Below are positions 16,853 to 25,600 of a stretch of DNA of 36,597 nucleotides, piece after piece. This DNA comes from a virus (lineage: Duplodnaviria > Caudoviricetes). Position numbers and translations under genes: made by a program. The notes under the pieces are model-generated. The model did no database searches and was not told where the DNA came from. It saw nothing but the letters and a program-made list of their open reading frames with translations. Where the stretch lies: positions 1 through 36,597 of the IMG/VR virus record IMGVR_UViG_3300046786_000692. One strand, written 5' to 3'. Numbering within the stretch: the first letter of the stretch is position 1; the number at the start of each line of letters is the position of its first letter.

Positions 16853-17798
16853 AAATGTCTTTCACTCTCTTGAAGTCATTATCACTTATGAAGTCGATCA
16901 TCTTAACGTCAAAGTCTTTCTTTATGGCTCCTATCTGTTTGAGCTTATCAAAGTTTGTCTTCACCCATGCTATCTGAAAGTTCTGTGCTGGTTCAGACGG
17001 ATCAGCATCAACAACAGATTCTACGTCAGGAGCGGGCGGGGTCTCGTTTTCATAGCTGTCGAGCTTCTGAATGGTTGCGCTTGCCTGCTTGAATGAGAGT
17101 TGAGTCAGTGATGTCACCCCGTAATGATTGTAGATTTTCCCCTTATCCTTCCCCTTCTCCTTCAGCAAGATAGCTATCTTCGTGAGCTGTGCCGGTGTTG
17201 CGGGGTATATCTTGGGTTGGTTTTTCGAGAGCGCTTTATTGCCGGTCTCGTCACTCAGCTCATCAGAGCTTATGGTTTCAAGGTCTTGAGAGAATACATC
17301 TGAGAGAGCAGCAAAACGAATTACCGCGTCAACCTGGGCCCGCTTCTGTGCGATCTTCACTACCTTGTTCTCTGTAGCTCCGCTCTCTGCCATGGTACCT
17401 ACGCCCCTTCCCTCTGATACCGCTTCTCCGGACGTGTTGTAGAGTCTACACACAAAGGCAACCACACCCTGCTTACCTCCGAACATGATCCAGGTGTCGT
17501 TATCCTTCTCGAACTTTGGTGTAAGGTGGAAGAGTGAGCATAGTTTCTCGGCTCCTGGCTTGAATAGTCCCTTCTTTGAATTGAATGATGCTCCGGTTTT
17601 TGACGTACCCTTGATTGAGCCATAGTCCACGCCATCAATGAGACTGTCTCTCACATATTTGGTCATGATCTTGCGCTTCTCGGTCTCAAGGTTTACGATC
17701 CTTTTCAGCTCTCGTATCTCTTGGGATACGCTCAACCTACCTGGTGACACCTTCGCTGGTTGTGTAGTTATTTCCTTTGTTTGAGTAGATTCTTCCAT
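16809..17798 (-). CDS. Putative ssDNA-annealing recombinase (Rad52/Sak-like, inferred)
   Basis: DYG...LFKPGAEKL...KIAQKRAQVDAV...SDVFSQDLE core and PATPAQL C-terminal domain; located in the replication module. Confidence 0.55.
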   Translation of the reverse strand: MEESTQTKEITTQPAKVSPGRLSVSQEIRELKRIVNLETEKRKIMTKYVRDSLIDGVDYGSIKGTSKTGASFNSKKGLFKPGAEKLCSLFHLTPKFEKDNDTWIMFGGKQGVVAFVCRLYNTSGEAVSEGRGVGTMAESGATENKVVKIAQKRAQVDAVIRFAALSDVFSQDLETISSDELSDETGNKALSKNQPKIYPATPAQLTKIAILLKEKGKDKGKIYNHYGVTSLTQLSFKQASATIQKLDSYENETPPAPDVESVVDADPSEPAQNFQIAWVKTNFDKLKQIGAIKKDFDVKMIDFISDNDFKRVKDIYDKYVENYNKTHAV

Positions 17799-17824
17799 AA
17801 CATATAAAAATATTTGATAACAGT

Positions 17825-18106
17825 TTACTTCCTTACGTACACCTTTTCAACTGAACATTTTGCATACATCGCTCTGATCTCTTCAGGGTTCATTATAGAC
17901 TTGCCCACCACATCGCTGTTTGAGCTTATCCAGTAGATAGAAAATGCGAGAACTGCAAATACGATTCCTACAAGCATAATTCCGATGTTCTTCACAATTT
18001 TGAATATCATATAAAATATAGGCAATTTAATAATAGGTTCCTTCTTCATGTACTTTTCCACTCCTTCGCTCTTACTATCTGAGTTCACAAATGGTTTAAT
18101 CATCAT
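17825..18106 (-). CDS. Membrane protein
   Basis: 93 aa with a TM segment (IGIMLVGIVFAVLAFSIYWI); strong SD AAAGGAGGTG upstream. Confidence 0.6.
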   Translation of the reverse strand: MMIKPFVNSDSKSEGVEKYMKKEPIIKLPIFYMIFKIVKNIGIMLVGIVFAVLAFSIYWISSNSDVVGKSIMNPEEIRAMYAKCSVEKVYVRK

Positions 18107-18246
18107 TTTGATACACCTCCTTTCCTTCGGGGGGTATTCCAGTAAGACGATCTACAATTCGGGCACGTCTTTGGTTCTTTCTCTTGGCGCATAAGCCAAA
18201 TGTGTCCGCATCTGTAACAGGTTCGCTTTGGGATTGTTATTTTCAT
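18103..18246 (-). CDS. Small zinc-ribbon protein, putative regulator (not in ORF track)
   Basis: MKITIPKRTCYRCGHIWLMRQEKEPKTCPNCRSSYWNTPRRKGGVSK, 47 aa; ATG 8 nt after a -10 box. Confidence 0.8.
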   Translation of the reverse strand: MKITIPKRTCYRCGHIWLMRQEKEPKTCPNCRSSYWNTPRRKGGVSK

Positions 18247-18254
18247 ATGCGAAT

Positions 18255-18283
18255 ATGTTACAACAATATATTTATCCTGTCAA
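18255..18283 (-). promoter_or_regulatory. Sigma70-type promoter; 23 bp identical to 11528-11550
   Basis: TTGACA-GGATAAATATATTGTTG(17)-TAACAT. Confidence 0.8.
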
Positions 18284-18303
18284 GTGCAAATGCAAATATG
18301 AGG

Positions 18304-18699
18304 CTAAATTTCAACAAATATCATCTTGTGTTTCTGTTTCTTTTCAGATAAATACTTGTGGAGAAACATCTTTAATTTTATCTTGTACACCTCTGTCCGG
18401 ACACCTTTCACATCCTCGACAACATGTACCTTCCGCTCGTTATCAAAATACTCGAAGTCTGCAACGTAACAGATACACCGGTGCCTCTTTCCTGTGTAGT
18501 CTGTGAATGCGGGTAATATCTCAAACACCGGTTGCAGGTTGAGGTTCCGTATGACCTTCCCCGCTTGCAACATCTTGAGCTCAGTATATCTGTTTGCCTC
18601 TTTTTTGCTGTCAAAATTGATTCCATCTACCTTTGTGATGCTATTCCCGTATTTACTCCCCATCGTTGATCCTAGTGGCATTCCCCATGTGTTTTTCAT
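18304..18699 (-). CDS. DUF1064 family PD-(D/E)xK endonuclease
   Basis: SKYGN..T.VDGINFDSKKEA.RY, LQP.F, YVADF.Y, VEDVKG motifs. Confidence 0.88.
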   Translation of the reverse strand: MKNTWGMPLGSTMGSKYGNSITKVDGINFDSKKEANRYTELKMLQAGKVIRNLNLQPVFEILPAFTDYTGKRHRCICYVADFEYFDNERKVHVVEDVKGVRTEVYKIKLKMFLHKYLSEKKQKHKMIFVEI

Positions 18700-18723
18700 G
18701 GTTGTAGTTTTAATTGGTAACCG

Positions 18724-19101
18724 TCAAAATTGATTTAATACATCTTCTTTCAATAGGTCTCGTATGAAGCCTGTGTTCTTACTCTTCGAGAAAGCAAAGT
18801 ATGAAGCTCTGTGTATCTCTCCGGTAAAGCTCTCCACAATATTCAAGAGTATTTCATGTCCTTCAAAACGAAACGACACGTCAATATCCCATGACGATGC
18901 CCGCTTGTGTTTCTTGACTCGCGGAGCACCTTCCTCAGCAAGTGCCTGTTCCAACATAACCCTGAAACCACCTGGTAGGTTGCGTACACAGGTCTTTACC
19001 CGCGCCCACGCTTGACCATCGGGTGTAACTTCTACCGCCTTGGTAAGTTGTACGTCCATATCTCGGGCCCTGTCTTGTATCATTGAGGCTAATGTTTTCA
19101 T
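18724..19101 (-). CDS. Hypothetical protein
   Basis: 125 aa downstream of the initiator gene. Confidence 0.6.
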   Translation of the reverse strand: MKTLASMIQDRARDMDVQLTKAVEVTPDGQAWARVKTCVRNLPGGFRVMLEQALAEEGAPRVKKHKRASSWDIDVSFRFEGHEILLNIVESFTGEIHRASYFAFSKSKNTGFIRDLLKEDVLNQF

Positions 19102-19109
19102 AAAATAAT

Positions 19110-19847
19110 TTAATTGGTATTAGAATCGGGAATCCTACTCGCTAACGTCTGTACGCTTGGTTTTAGTGTATCACCGGTAGCTCTCCATTTATCTACCTGC
19201 TCATCACTCCGAAGCAGAAAGCTCGGATCAGCTACCCAATGCCTGTTATTGTCGCCTCTATGAAACTTGGATTTCGCCAGACTATCAACTGCAGTCATAA
19301 TCTCGGAATGGGTAAAGTTCTTGAGTCTGTCCTGATACATCTTCCTGAGACCAGGAGTAGCTCTGTAGTTTTTACCAAATAACTGGTTAAACTTAGAAAC
19401 AAACTCTTCAAGTCCCGTAGTATATATATTATTATCATTCTTTACATTCTTTACATTCTTGTATGTGTCATTCTGTTGATATTCTGTTGTCATTTTGTTG
19501 TCATTCTGTTGTTTATTATCTTGGTACTTATCCCAATTAAGTATTGTTATGATGCGATATTTGTTTGTTTTTTGTTGTACTATTTGTTGTAAGTTTTTCT
19601 CCAGAACATCGAGCCATAATTCAATAGTGCCTTCGGACACTCCAGCCTGCTTTGCCAAAGCCTTTCTTCCAGTCAATAATTGACCCTGTTTTATCTGTAT
19701 TTTAGTATTTCCTAGAACGAAAGACTGATCTTTATGTGAAGCGCTCAATAGTAGATATACCCAAAAGCCTAGTTTATTCATTCCGCCTAGACAAAAGGAA
19801 TTTTCAAGTATTTTTCTGTGCAGTTTAATCCATCCGCTATTTTTCAT
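19110..19847 (-). CDS. Replication initiator / replisome organiser
   Basis: GWIKLHRKI...YLLLSA.H...GQ..T.R..LA winged-helix N-domain, Q/N/K-rich linker carrying iterons, W.AD..FLLR C-domain. Confidence 0.85.
   Translation of the reverse strand: MKNSGWIKLHRKILENSFCLGGMNKLGFWVYLLLSASHKDQSFVLGNTKIQIKQGQLLTGRKALAKQAGVSEGTIELWLDVLEKNLQQIVQQKTNKYRIITILNWDKYQDNKQQNDNKMTTEYQQNDTYKNVKNVKNDNNIYTTGLEEFVSKFNQLFGKNYRATPGLRKMYQDRLKNFTHSEIMTAVDSLAKSKFHRGDNNRHWVADPSFLLRSDEQVDKWRATGDTLKPSVQTLASRIPDSNTN
19421..19511. repeat. Iterons and AT-rich tract: putative replication origin
   Basis: Four tandem 11-mers (consensus TCATTCTGTTG) at 19468-19511, three 9-mers (consensus CATTCTTTA) at 19436-19462, AT tract 19421-19435, inside the initiator gene as in lambda O. 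Confidence 0.75.
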
Positions 19848-19877
19848 AACATATAAACGTAAATAACATATGCGAAC

Positions 19878-19907
19878 ATCGTATCACAATATAATATCTG
19901 TTGTCAA
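19878..19907 (-). promoter_or_regulatory. Sigma70-type promoter for the initiator gene
   Basis: TTGACA-18 nt-TACGAT; spacer contains ATATTGT like the two twin promoters. Confidence 0.65.
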
Positions 19908-19908
19908 G

Positions 19909-20175
19909 TCAGTTGTACATTCGGGCCCGCAACTCTCGAAAACTACTGAACAGCTTCTTTGCGTCTATGGGTAGGTCTCCGTTCCAAAACCTCATCACGA
20001 TTCCTCTGACATCTTCTGTTTCGTGTGTTACGAAGAAGGTATATTGCTTCTCTTGCTTTGTCATGTCTACTATGGTGCATCCAGACGCGAGAAGGGACGC
20101 GGTGATGTATACGTCTCGTGTTTGATATGTTCCGTTGTCTACGTGGTACTTGTCTCTTTCATTGTGGTTATTCAT
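19909..20175 (-). CDS. DUF5659-like protein
   Basis: YQTRDVYITASLLASG...FWNGDL.IDAK.LF..FRELRARMY pattern. Confidence 0.75.
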   Translation of the reverse strand: MNNHNERDKYHVDNGTYQTRDVYITASLLASGCTIVDMTKQEKQYTFFVTHETEDVRGIVMRFWNGDLPIDAKKLFSSFRELRARMYN

Positions 20176-20202
20176 TTGATATAAATATAAGTAATGTTGA
20201 TA

Positions 20203-20231
20203 AAATTACACCATTATTAAGCATATGTCAA
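20203..20231 (-). promoter_or_regulatory. Possible sigma70-type promoter
   Basis: TTGACA-17 nt-TAATTT. Confidence 0.45.
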
Positions 20232-20485
20232 GTTAGTGATGCGCGTACCCACTCAAAACGATCCGGCCATACGTTGAACAACCTACCTGTTTCTATCTTC
20301 TCACAATACTTACAGTTTGGATCAGTACACACAAAGAACTTGTTTTTGCAGACAAACGCTCCCTTCACCCGTCCGGCGAAGGGGAATGTATAGTCTACAT
20401 ACCACTTCTTCACGTAACAGGAGAGGAGGTGTGGATACTCCCTATTGTCACAAAGATGCAACTTTGTATGAGTCTTCTTCAACAT
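20228..20485 (-). CDS. Cys/His-rich hypothetical protein
   Basis: 85 aa, H.C...H..C and C....CxxC. Confidence 0.55.
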   Translation of the reverse strand: MLKKTHTKLHLCDNREYPHLLSCYVKKWYVDYTFPFAGRVKGAFVCKNKFFVCTDPNCKYCEKIETGRLFNVWPDRFEWVRASLT

Positions 20486-20570
20486 GTGTTGTTTCAGAAT
20501 TGCTTATACTGTACTCTATTGTAAGGGTCACAAGTTCTCATCATTACATGAGGTAGCTGTGACCTTTTTT

Positions 20571-20855
20571 CTACAATCTATCCAGTCTAACGTCTTTCTG
20601 TAGCCTCGAGTCCTCATAAGCTCCTTTATAAACGAGCTGAGCTATACCGAACACAATAAGTATTGTTTTTGATACTGCCTCCACTCCTGCAAGCATTGTT
20701 GCATAGTGGAATCCTTCACCTTGGACAAAATTGATACCAATACCAACCAATGAGCACACCACTACAGATACCCAAAACCGTGCATCAGATTGAGCCACCT
20801 TTCGATTGATAAGATCAATAAGAGGTGGGAGCAAAACTGCGATTAGCTCCATCAT
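20571..20855 (-). CDS. Holin-like membrane protein
   Basis: 94 aa, 2-3 hydrophobic segments and a charged C-tail, in the lysis cassette. Confidence 0.65.
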   Translation of the reverse strand: MMELIAVLLPPLIDLINRKVAQSDARFWVSVVVCSLVGIGINFVQGEGFHYATMLAGVEAVSKTILIVFGIAQLVYKGAYEDSRLQKDVRLDRL

Positions 20856-20931
20856 AATTATTTACCTAGAATTAGTAAAGCCATTCCGATTATCATTAAG
20901 AGCCCTGCAATAGGATAAAAATAAATAGTAA

Positions 20932-21126
20932 TTACTTCTTTTTCAATGCTGACAATTCCCTCTCCAACCTCTCTATAGTCTTTTCTTTCTCCCTGTTGCA
21001 CTCTACGAGTTGTAAGTTCTGACTATAAATCGATATTGTTGCCTCTTTTAATTCCTCTATCTTCTTAAAAGAGATACCCTTAAGATCGCTCAATTCCTTT
21101 AGTATCAATTTTAATTCCTCTTTCAT
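20932..21126 (-). CDS. Coiled-coil protein (possible -1 frameshift extension to 20858)
   Basis: 64 aa heptad pattern; ATGA overlap. Confidence 0.6.
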   Translation of the reverse strand: MKEELKLILKELSDLKGISFKKIEELKEATISIYSQNLQLVECNREKEKTIERLERELSALKKK

Positions 21127-21578
21127 TTGTAAGAGTATACAATGTTAAACTCTTCTGATTCTCTGGTGAATGATATTGTCCTTATAGGATTTACTTTTAT
21201 AACATAAAGATTTCTCAGGTGCATCTTACCTATAGGAAGCTCGGGCGGAACAGGAATAGAAATAGTTTTCTTATGACACCCTGAAGGGAGTATGTTCTTG
21301 ATCAGAGAAGTTGTTATGGGTGTAGAGAGCACAATTCCATTTACAAAACTTCTCGTTATCTCAACTGGTTCTGAGGTATATCTACAATAATCAGAAACAA
21401 ATCTAAGCTTTCCTCCTTGTGTGGCTATTTTATCAACTATGGGGAATTTGTCACCCTTAAATTCTATTGTCCTATAGGGATAAACCATCCAAAAACCTAC
21501 AATCAAAAGAATAATCATTGCAGGAACAAAAACCAAGAGAGATATTATATTAGCTATAATTTGTTTGTAGTTTGTCAT
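21123..21578 (-). CDS. Membrane-anchored protein of the lysis cassette
   Basis: N-terminal TM helix then a beta-rich domain with two Cys. Confidence 0.65.
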   Translation of the reverse strand: MTNYKQIIANIISLLVFVPAMIILLIVGFWMVYPYRTIEFKGDKFPIVDKIATQGGKLRFVSDYCRYTSEPVEITRSFVNGIVLSTPITTSLIKNILPSGCHKKTISIPVPPELPIGKMHLRNLYVIKVNPIRTISFTRESEEFNIVYSYK

Positions 21579-21841
21579 TTTTGTGAAACAACGACCAGAG
21601 CTATAAGAGCGACTATAACAGCCGTAACGATGAGCATTATTACATAATTAACTGATTTCTTTGTTTGTCCGTATTCACTATTTACCCATTCTTTGGTAGC
21701 ATAGTCTCTTTCTAGTCTCTCATCTATCTTCTTGGTACGTGAGTCTATGTTATTAACTTTTTCTATGAGACCACCCATATCAAAACCCTTCCGGATTAGT
21801 TCAGATACGTCAATATTTGATTGTTTATTGTTTTGATCCAT
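21575..21841 (-). CDS. Coiled-coil plus C-terminal TM protein (holin/XhlA-like)
   Basis: Start at MDQNNK; YVIMLIVTAVIVALIALVVV TM helix. Confidence 0.65.
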   Translation of the reverse strand: MDQNNKQSNIDVSELIRKGFDMGGLIEKVNNIDSRTKKIDERLERDYATKEWVNSEYGQTKKSVNYVIMLIVTAVIVALIALVVVSQK

Positions 21842-21862
21842 GGCTTTTAAGTAATGTTTCAC

Positions 21863-22438
21863 TCATAATCCTAAAATCTTTCTAATGTTGTTTACCTTCG
21901 TGTCGTTCGAGTTCGTTGACTGCATCTCTTTCGTGACAGCGTTTACCTTCTGTGTGTCGTTCATAGGTGGTGTTACCCCTCCAAGTTGCCACGTGACAAG
22001 GTTTGGATCAAGGATGTTCAGGAAGCCCTGGAATCCATTATTTGTATTGAGTCTGTTTGCATACTGATCCGTTTCTACAAGGTTACAGTGGAGATGAGGG
22101 CCTTGAGAATTGCCGGAATTACCCGTGTATCCAACAAGTTTCCCTCGAGGGATAGATTGACCCGCGCTCACGTTGATACTCGAGAGGTGACAATACCACA
22201 CAGCGCATTTTTGGGAGGCATCCCAGATGACGATATAGTACCCGTAGACTGGATCCCACCCTGTTCTGAGGATCTTGCCAGTCTCGAATGGCACAACGAG
22301 TCGTACGCCTACAGGAGTAGCCCAATCTACCCCTTCGTGGCCCGCTAGACCATAGGGTTTGTAGTATGCGGGGTTAACTCCGTAGTATTGAGATACGGGA
22401 TACTGTCCTTCAAAGATGTCTGAGAGTGTGTATTTCAT
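21863..22438 (-). CDS. M23 family peptidase (endolysin)
   Basis: HEGVD (HxxxD), YCHL, GYTGNSGNSQGPHLH (HxH). Confidence 0.9.
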   Translation of the reverse strand: MKYTLSDIFEGQYPVSQYYGVNPAYYKPYGLAGHEGVDWATPVGVRLVVPFETGKILRTGWDPVYGYYIVIWDASQKCAVWYCHLSSINVSAGQSIPRGKLVGYTGNSGNSQGPHLHCNLVETDQYANRLNTNNGFQGFLNILDPNLVTWQLGGVTPPMNDTQKVNAVTKEMQSTNSNDTKVNNIRKILGL

Positions 22439-22450
22439 AGGATTATATAT

Positions 22451-22496
22451 AAAAAAAGCACCAGGAGTCAGATACTTGCGTACTGCCCTTAGTGCT
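22451..22496 (-). terminator. Intrinsic terminator/attenuator in the lysis leader
   Basis: AGCACTAAGGGCAG-TAC-GCAA-GTA-TCTGACTCCTGGTGCT with a GNRA loop, then a U-tract 12 nt before the endolysin ATG. Confidence 0.75.
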
Positions 22497-22509
22497 CGGT
22501 ATTTCCGTT
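22494..22509 (-). promoter_or_regulatory. Leader motif AACGGAAATACCGAGC, copy 2
   Basis: Exact match to 4200-4215, same overlap with the terminator 5' arm. Confidence 0.8.
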
Positions 22510-22561
22510 ACACTTCTATTTGTATCGGAGACACCTACTACTCGTCTCCCCAATTACAATC

Positions 22562-22590
22562 ATATTAGCGGTTGGGAAGGAAGTTGTCAA
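22562..22590 (-). promoter_or_regulatory. Sigma70-type promoter for the lysis operon
   Basis: TTGACA-17 nt-TAATAT. Confidence 0.7.
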
Positions 22591-22684
22591 GGGTAAACGG
22601 ATACACAATGGATAGCAATATAACAATCTTAAAGAAAACAAGCAGGAAACGCCTCGTAATTGATACTGCTCTGTTGAATATCAT
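22565..22684 (-). CDS. Possible small hydrophobic peptide (not in ORF track)
   Basis: MIFNRAVSITRRFLLVFFKIVILLSIVYPFTLDNFLPNR, 39 aa, ATGA-coupled to the giant gene; overlaps the lysis promoter. Confidence 0.35.
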   Translation of the reverse strand: MIFNRAVSITRRFLLVFFKIVILLSIVYPFTLDNFLPNR

Positions 22685-25600
22685 TTGAGCTTTCTAACTT
22701 CTTTTAATAGGGGAGCGCTAATGAGCTTCTCCTTTTTCAGTGTCGCAATGAGCTTATCAAACTTCGCCTTACTCCTTCCTTGCTTAATCTCTTTCAGATA
22801 TACCAGCTTCTCTTCGTTCGTTCCGGCAGTGAAGAAGCGATCCACAACCGTGTCGTATTCTCCCTGTACCACAGCAACTCTGAACTTCTTCGTGATACTT
22901 GTTGCTTTTGTCTTTTCTGCGGTTGTGGTTGGTCTGTGCCCGATGATCTCCTTCACCAGGTTCTTCTCAATGTCCTGCTTACGGAAGAGTGACTTCGTTC
23001 CGGATGTGTACGTGCGCACTGCCTGAGTGATGATCTTCTTATTCTCGATACTCTCCTGTGCTTTGCGCTGTTCGATACCAACCTCAAGCTCTCTCGTCTT
23101 CTCATACTCCCCGTAGTCTGAGGTCTTTATCCAGCGCCCAAGCACGTTTGAGATTATGGGGAGCTCGAGTACCTTCTGTTGCCATGACTTAGATGATGGC
23201 ATTTGCTCTGTTACATACGTCTTCATGAGCACTCCTCCTCCCAATTGTTCGAACATCCACGTTGCAAACGGTTTGAGCTTGTATGAGCCTCCGGCCTTGA
23301 ATGCGTCGTCCGGTATCACGTTCCTATTACGGAAGAAGTCGTAAGGATTCTGCCCGAATGCAAACTGAGCTATTGCTATTGCTGACCCTATGCTTGGAGA
23401 CAGGGAGGGGAATTGCCCCGCCCCTATGGAGAATATCTCCTGAGCATCTTTCAAGAAGTCTCTGTCTTTTTTGGTTATCCTCATTCCCTTCCAGGTTATT
23501 GCTCCGATAAGTCTTCCTGTCTCGTCCTGGGGAATACGTACATAGATTAGCTTGCCTGTCGAGTCCATTCCCACAGGCACGATTGTATAGTTCGTCTTGT
23601 CGTACTCTGACACTTTCTCGAACATGTCCTTGAGTATGGGCCCGAATAATCCCTGTAGTGCAGCAAACATAAGGAGCTTTGGCAGTACGCTTACCATTGC
23701 GGTCTTGAACCAGAAGCCCCCCCGTGTCTTCGGGTCTGTTGCAACCTGGAGGTCTGAGCGCATACCCTCCTTGATAGCATTGGAGAAGAGGAATACCTCA
23801 TTTGTCCATGCGTAGTTTGATCCACGTCGTAAGAAGTCAGGTGATCCTGCCTTCGTTCGAACGAATTGTCCAAGCTCATGCGAGGGCATTCTCCCGTTTA
23901 GCTCAAGGTATGCTGCGACCTTTGGTAGTCTCTCGATAAAGTTCCCCGTGCGCTCAATAAGATTGAGTACTGCGTTAATGGGCGCGAGTATCGTGAACTT
24001 TTTCTTTTGTGTCATCGTACCCCACCTAGACATTATTGCATCGATCTGTGTATCAATATCAGTCTGACCTGAAAATACATCATTAGCGGTTACTGACAGT
24101 ATCTTCTGCGCTTCCATCTCCTTGATAATATTGTTTGGTTGATCGATTGCATCCATGAATGCGGGCTTGAGTGCCTGCCCGTAGCGTATGAATGCACGGT
24201 ACAGGGGGAGGTTGGGCGTATTCTTCCAGAACCGTGTGAAGTCGCGCACTGCATTGAATGTCTGGAAGCCGGTGTTGAATGTAATGAAGAGCGGGCGGTA
24301 TAGCTTCGAGTTCATAAACCTGAGAGCGGCAAGAGCCATGTTGGTCTGCCCTGCGGTCTGTGTGCCCACGGTTGATGCGATGTATTGGTCTACATAGTAT
24401 CCACGTAGCTTCCCTTTCTCGTATAGGGTAATGAGTCCCTGCGCTTTGTCGTCCGGATCAACAGGGAGTCTTGCGGTACCTGTCCACATATATTTTGCAT
24501 CCATGATCTCAGCGCCAAATTCCTTTTTGTAGAACTGCACTACTGAGCGCTTTGTTTTGTTGCGCTCGATTGCTCGTATGAGACTGATTGTCTTTTGAAT
24601 AGTGGAGTCTGCGGGGTTTGCTATCTCTTTGAGTGTTCCTACCTGTTGCTTTACTCGCGCATCGATATGAGTGTCTAGGTAGTCAAGTACCTGGAATGTA
24701 GCATAGGCGGGGTTGGCTTTTAATTCCTTTACCAGTTCGGGAGAGTAGAACTCCGAAGACTCTGCATCCTCAAGTATTGCCTTGGTTACTTCTCTAAACT
24801 CTGCGATATACTTCTCGAGCTTTGCGTATGTTTCGGAACCCATCGTCTCTGCGAGTTTAGCCATCTGCTTCGTTGCGGTCTCCGGTGTCTGACCCAATGG
24901 GTTTGCAATCTCTCCCCGTTCATTGATGACCCGCTCAAGGAAGAGCGCCTTCCCAAAGTCTGTCCATGCAATACCCGCATCCTTTACCTTTGTATATATG
25001 GGTTGTATCTTATCCACGACGAATGATTTAATTACCCCGCCTACATAGTTGTATTCCTCGAGCATATACAGTGGATTATCATCATCTGATATTTGCTTCC
25101 CCTGTTTCTTGGCCCGTGCAATATCGTCAATAACCTTTTGATTGCGATCTACAAAGTCATACTTGAGCTTAAACCAGTAGTTGTCTTTATTGGCTCGTTC
25201 CTCGAGAGATTTTGCAATGATCTTATCGTCACCCTTCTTGAACATATCATTGATTGCCTTGTCTCGATCATTGAGTAGAGCCTCTTCTCCCTTCATAAGA
25301 AGTTGCCACGTTTCCTCAAGTTGCATCCGTACGTCCGGCTTTGCGTTTAGTCTGTCGAAGAATGCTGTCCAAAACTTGGGAGCTTCAGTCTGTAGCAGGG
25401 AGGGATCATTGAATAATACGGAGATAGCATCCGCGTATAGCTCTCTCGAGGAATAGCGGTAGGAGGTATACCCATCGTCTGCGCTCTCGTCGAATGGCGC
25501 CCACATCTGTGTCAACTCTTTGAGCTCTTTGCGTATATCGTAGTTCTTGATGACCCCGTGCTCGTCCTCGAACTCACCCTTCAAGAACTTGTGGAGAGAT

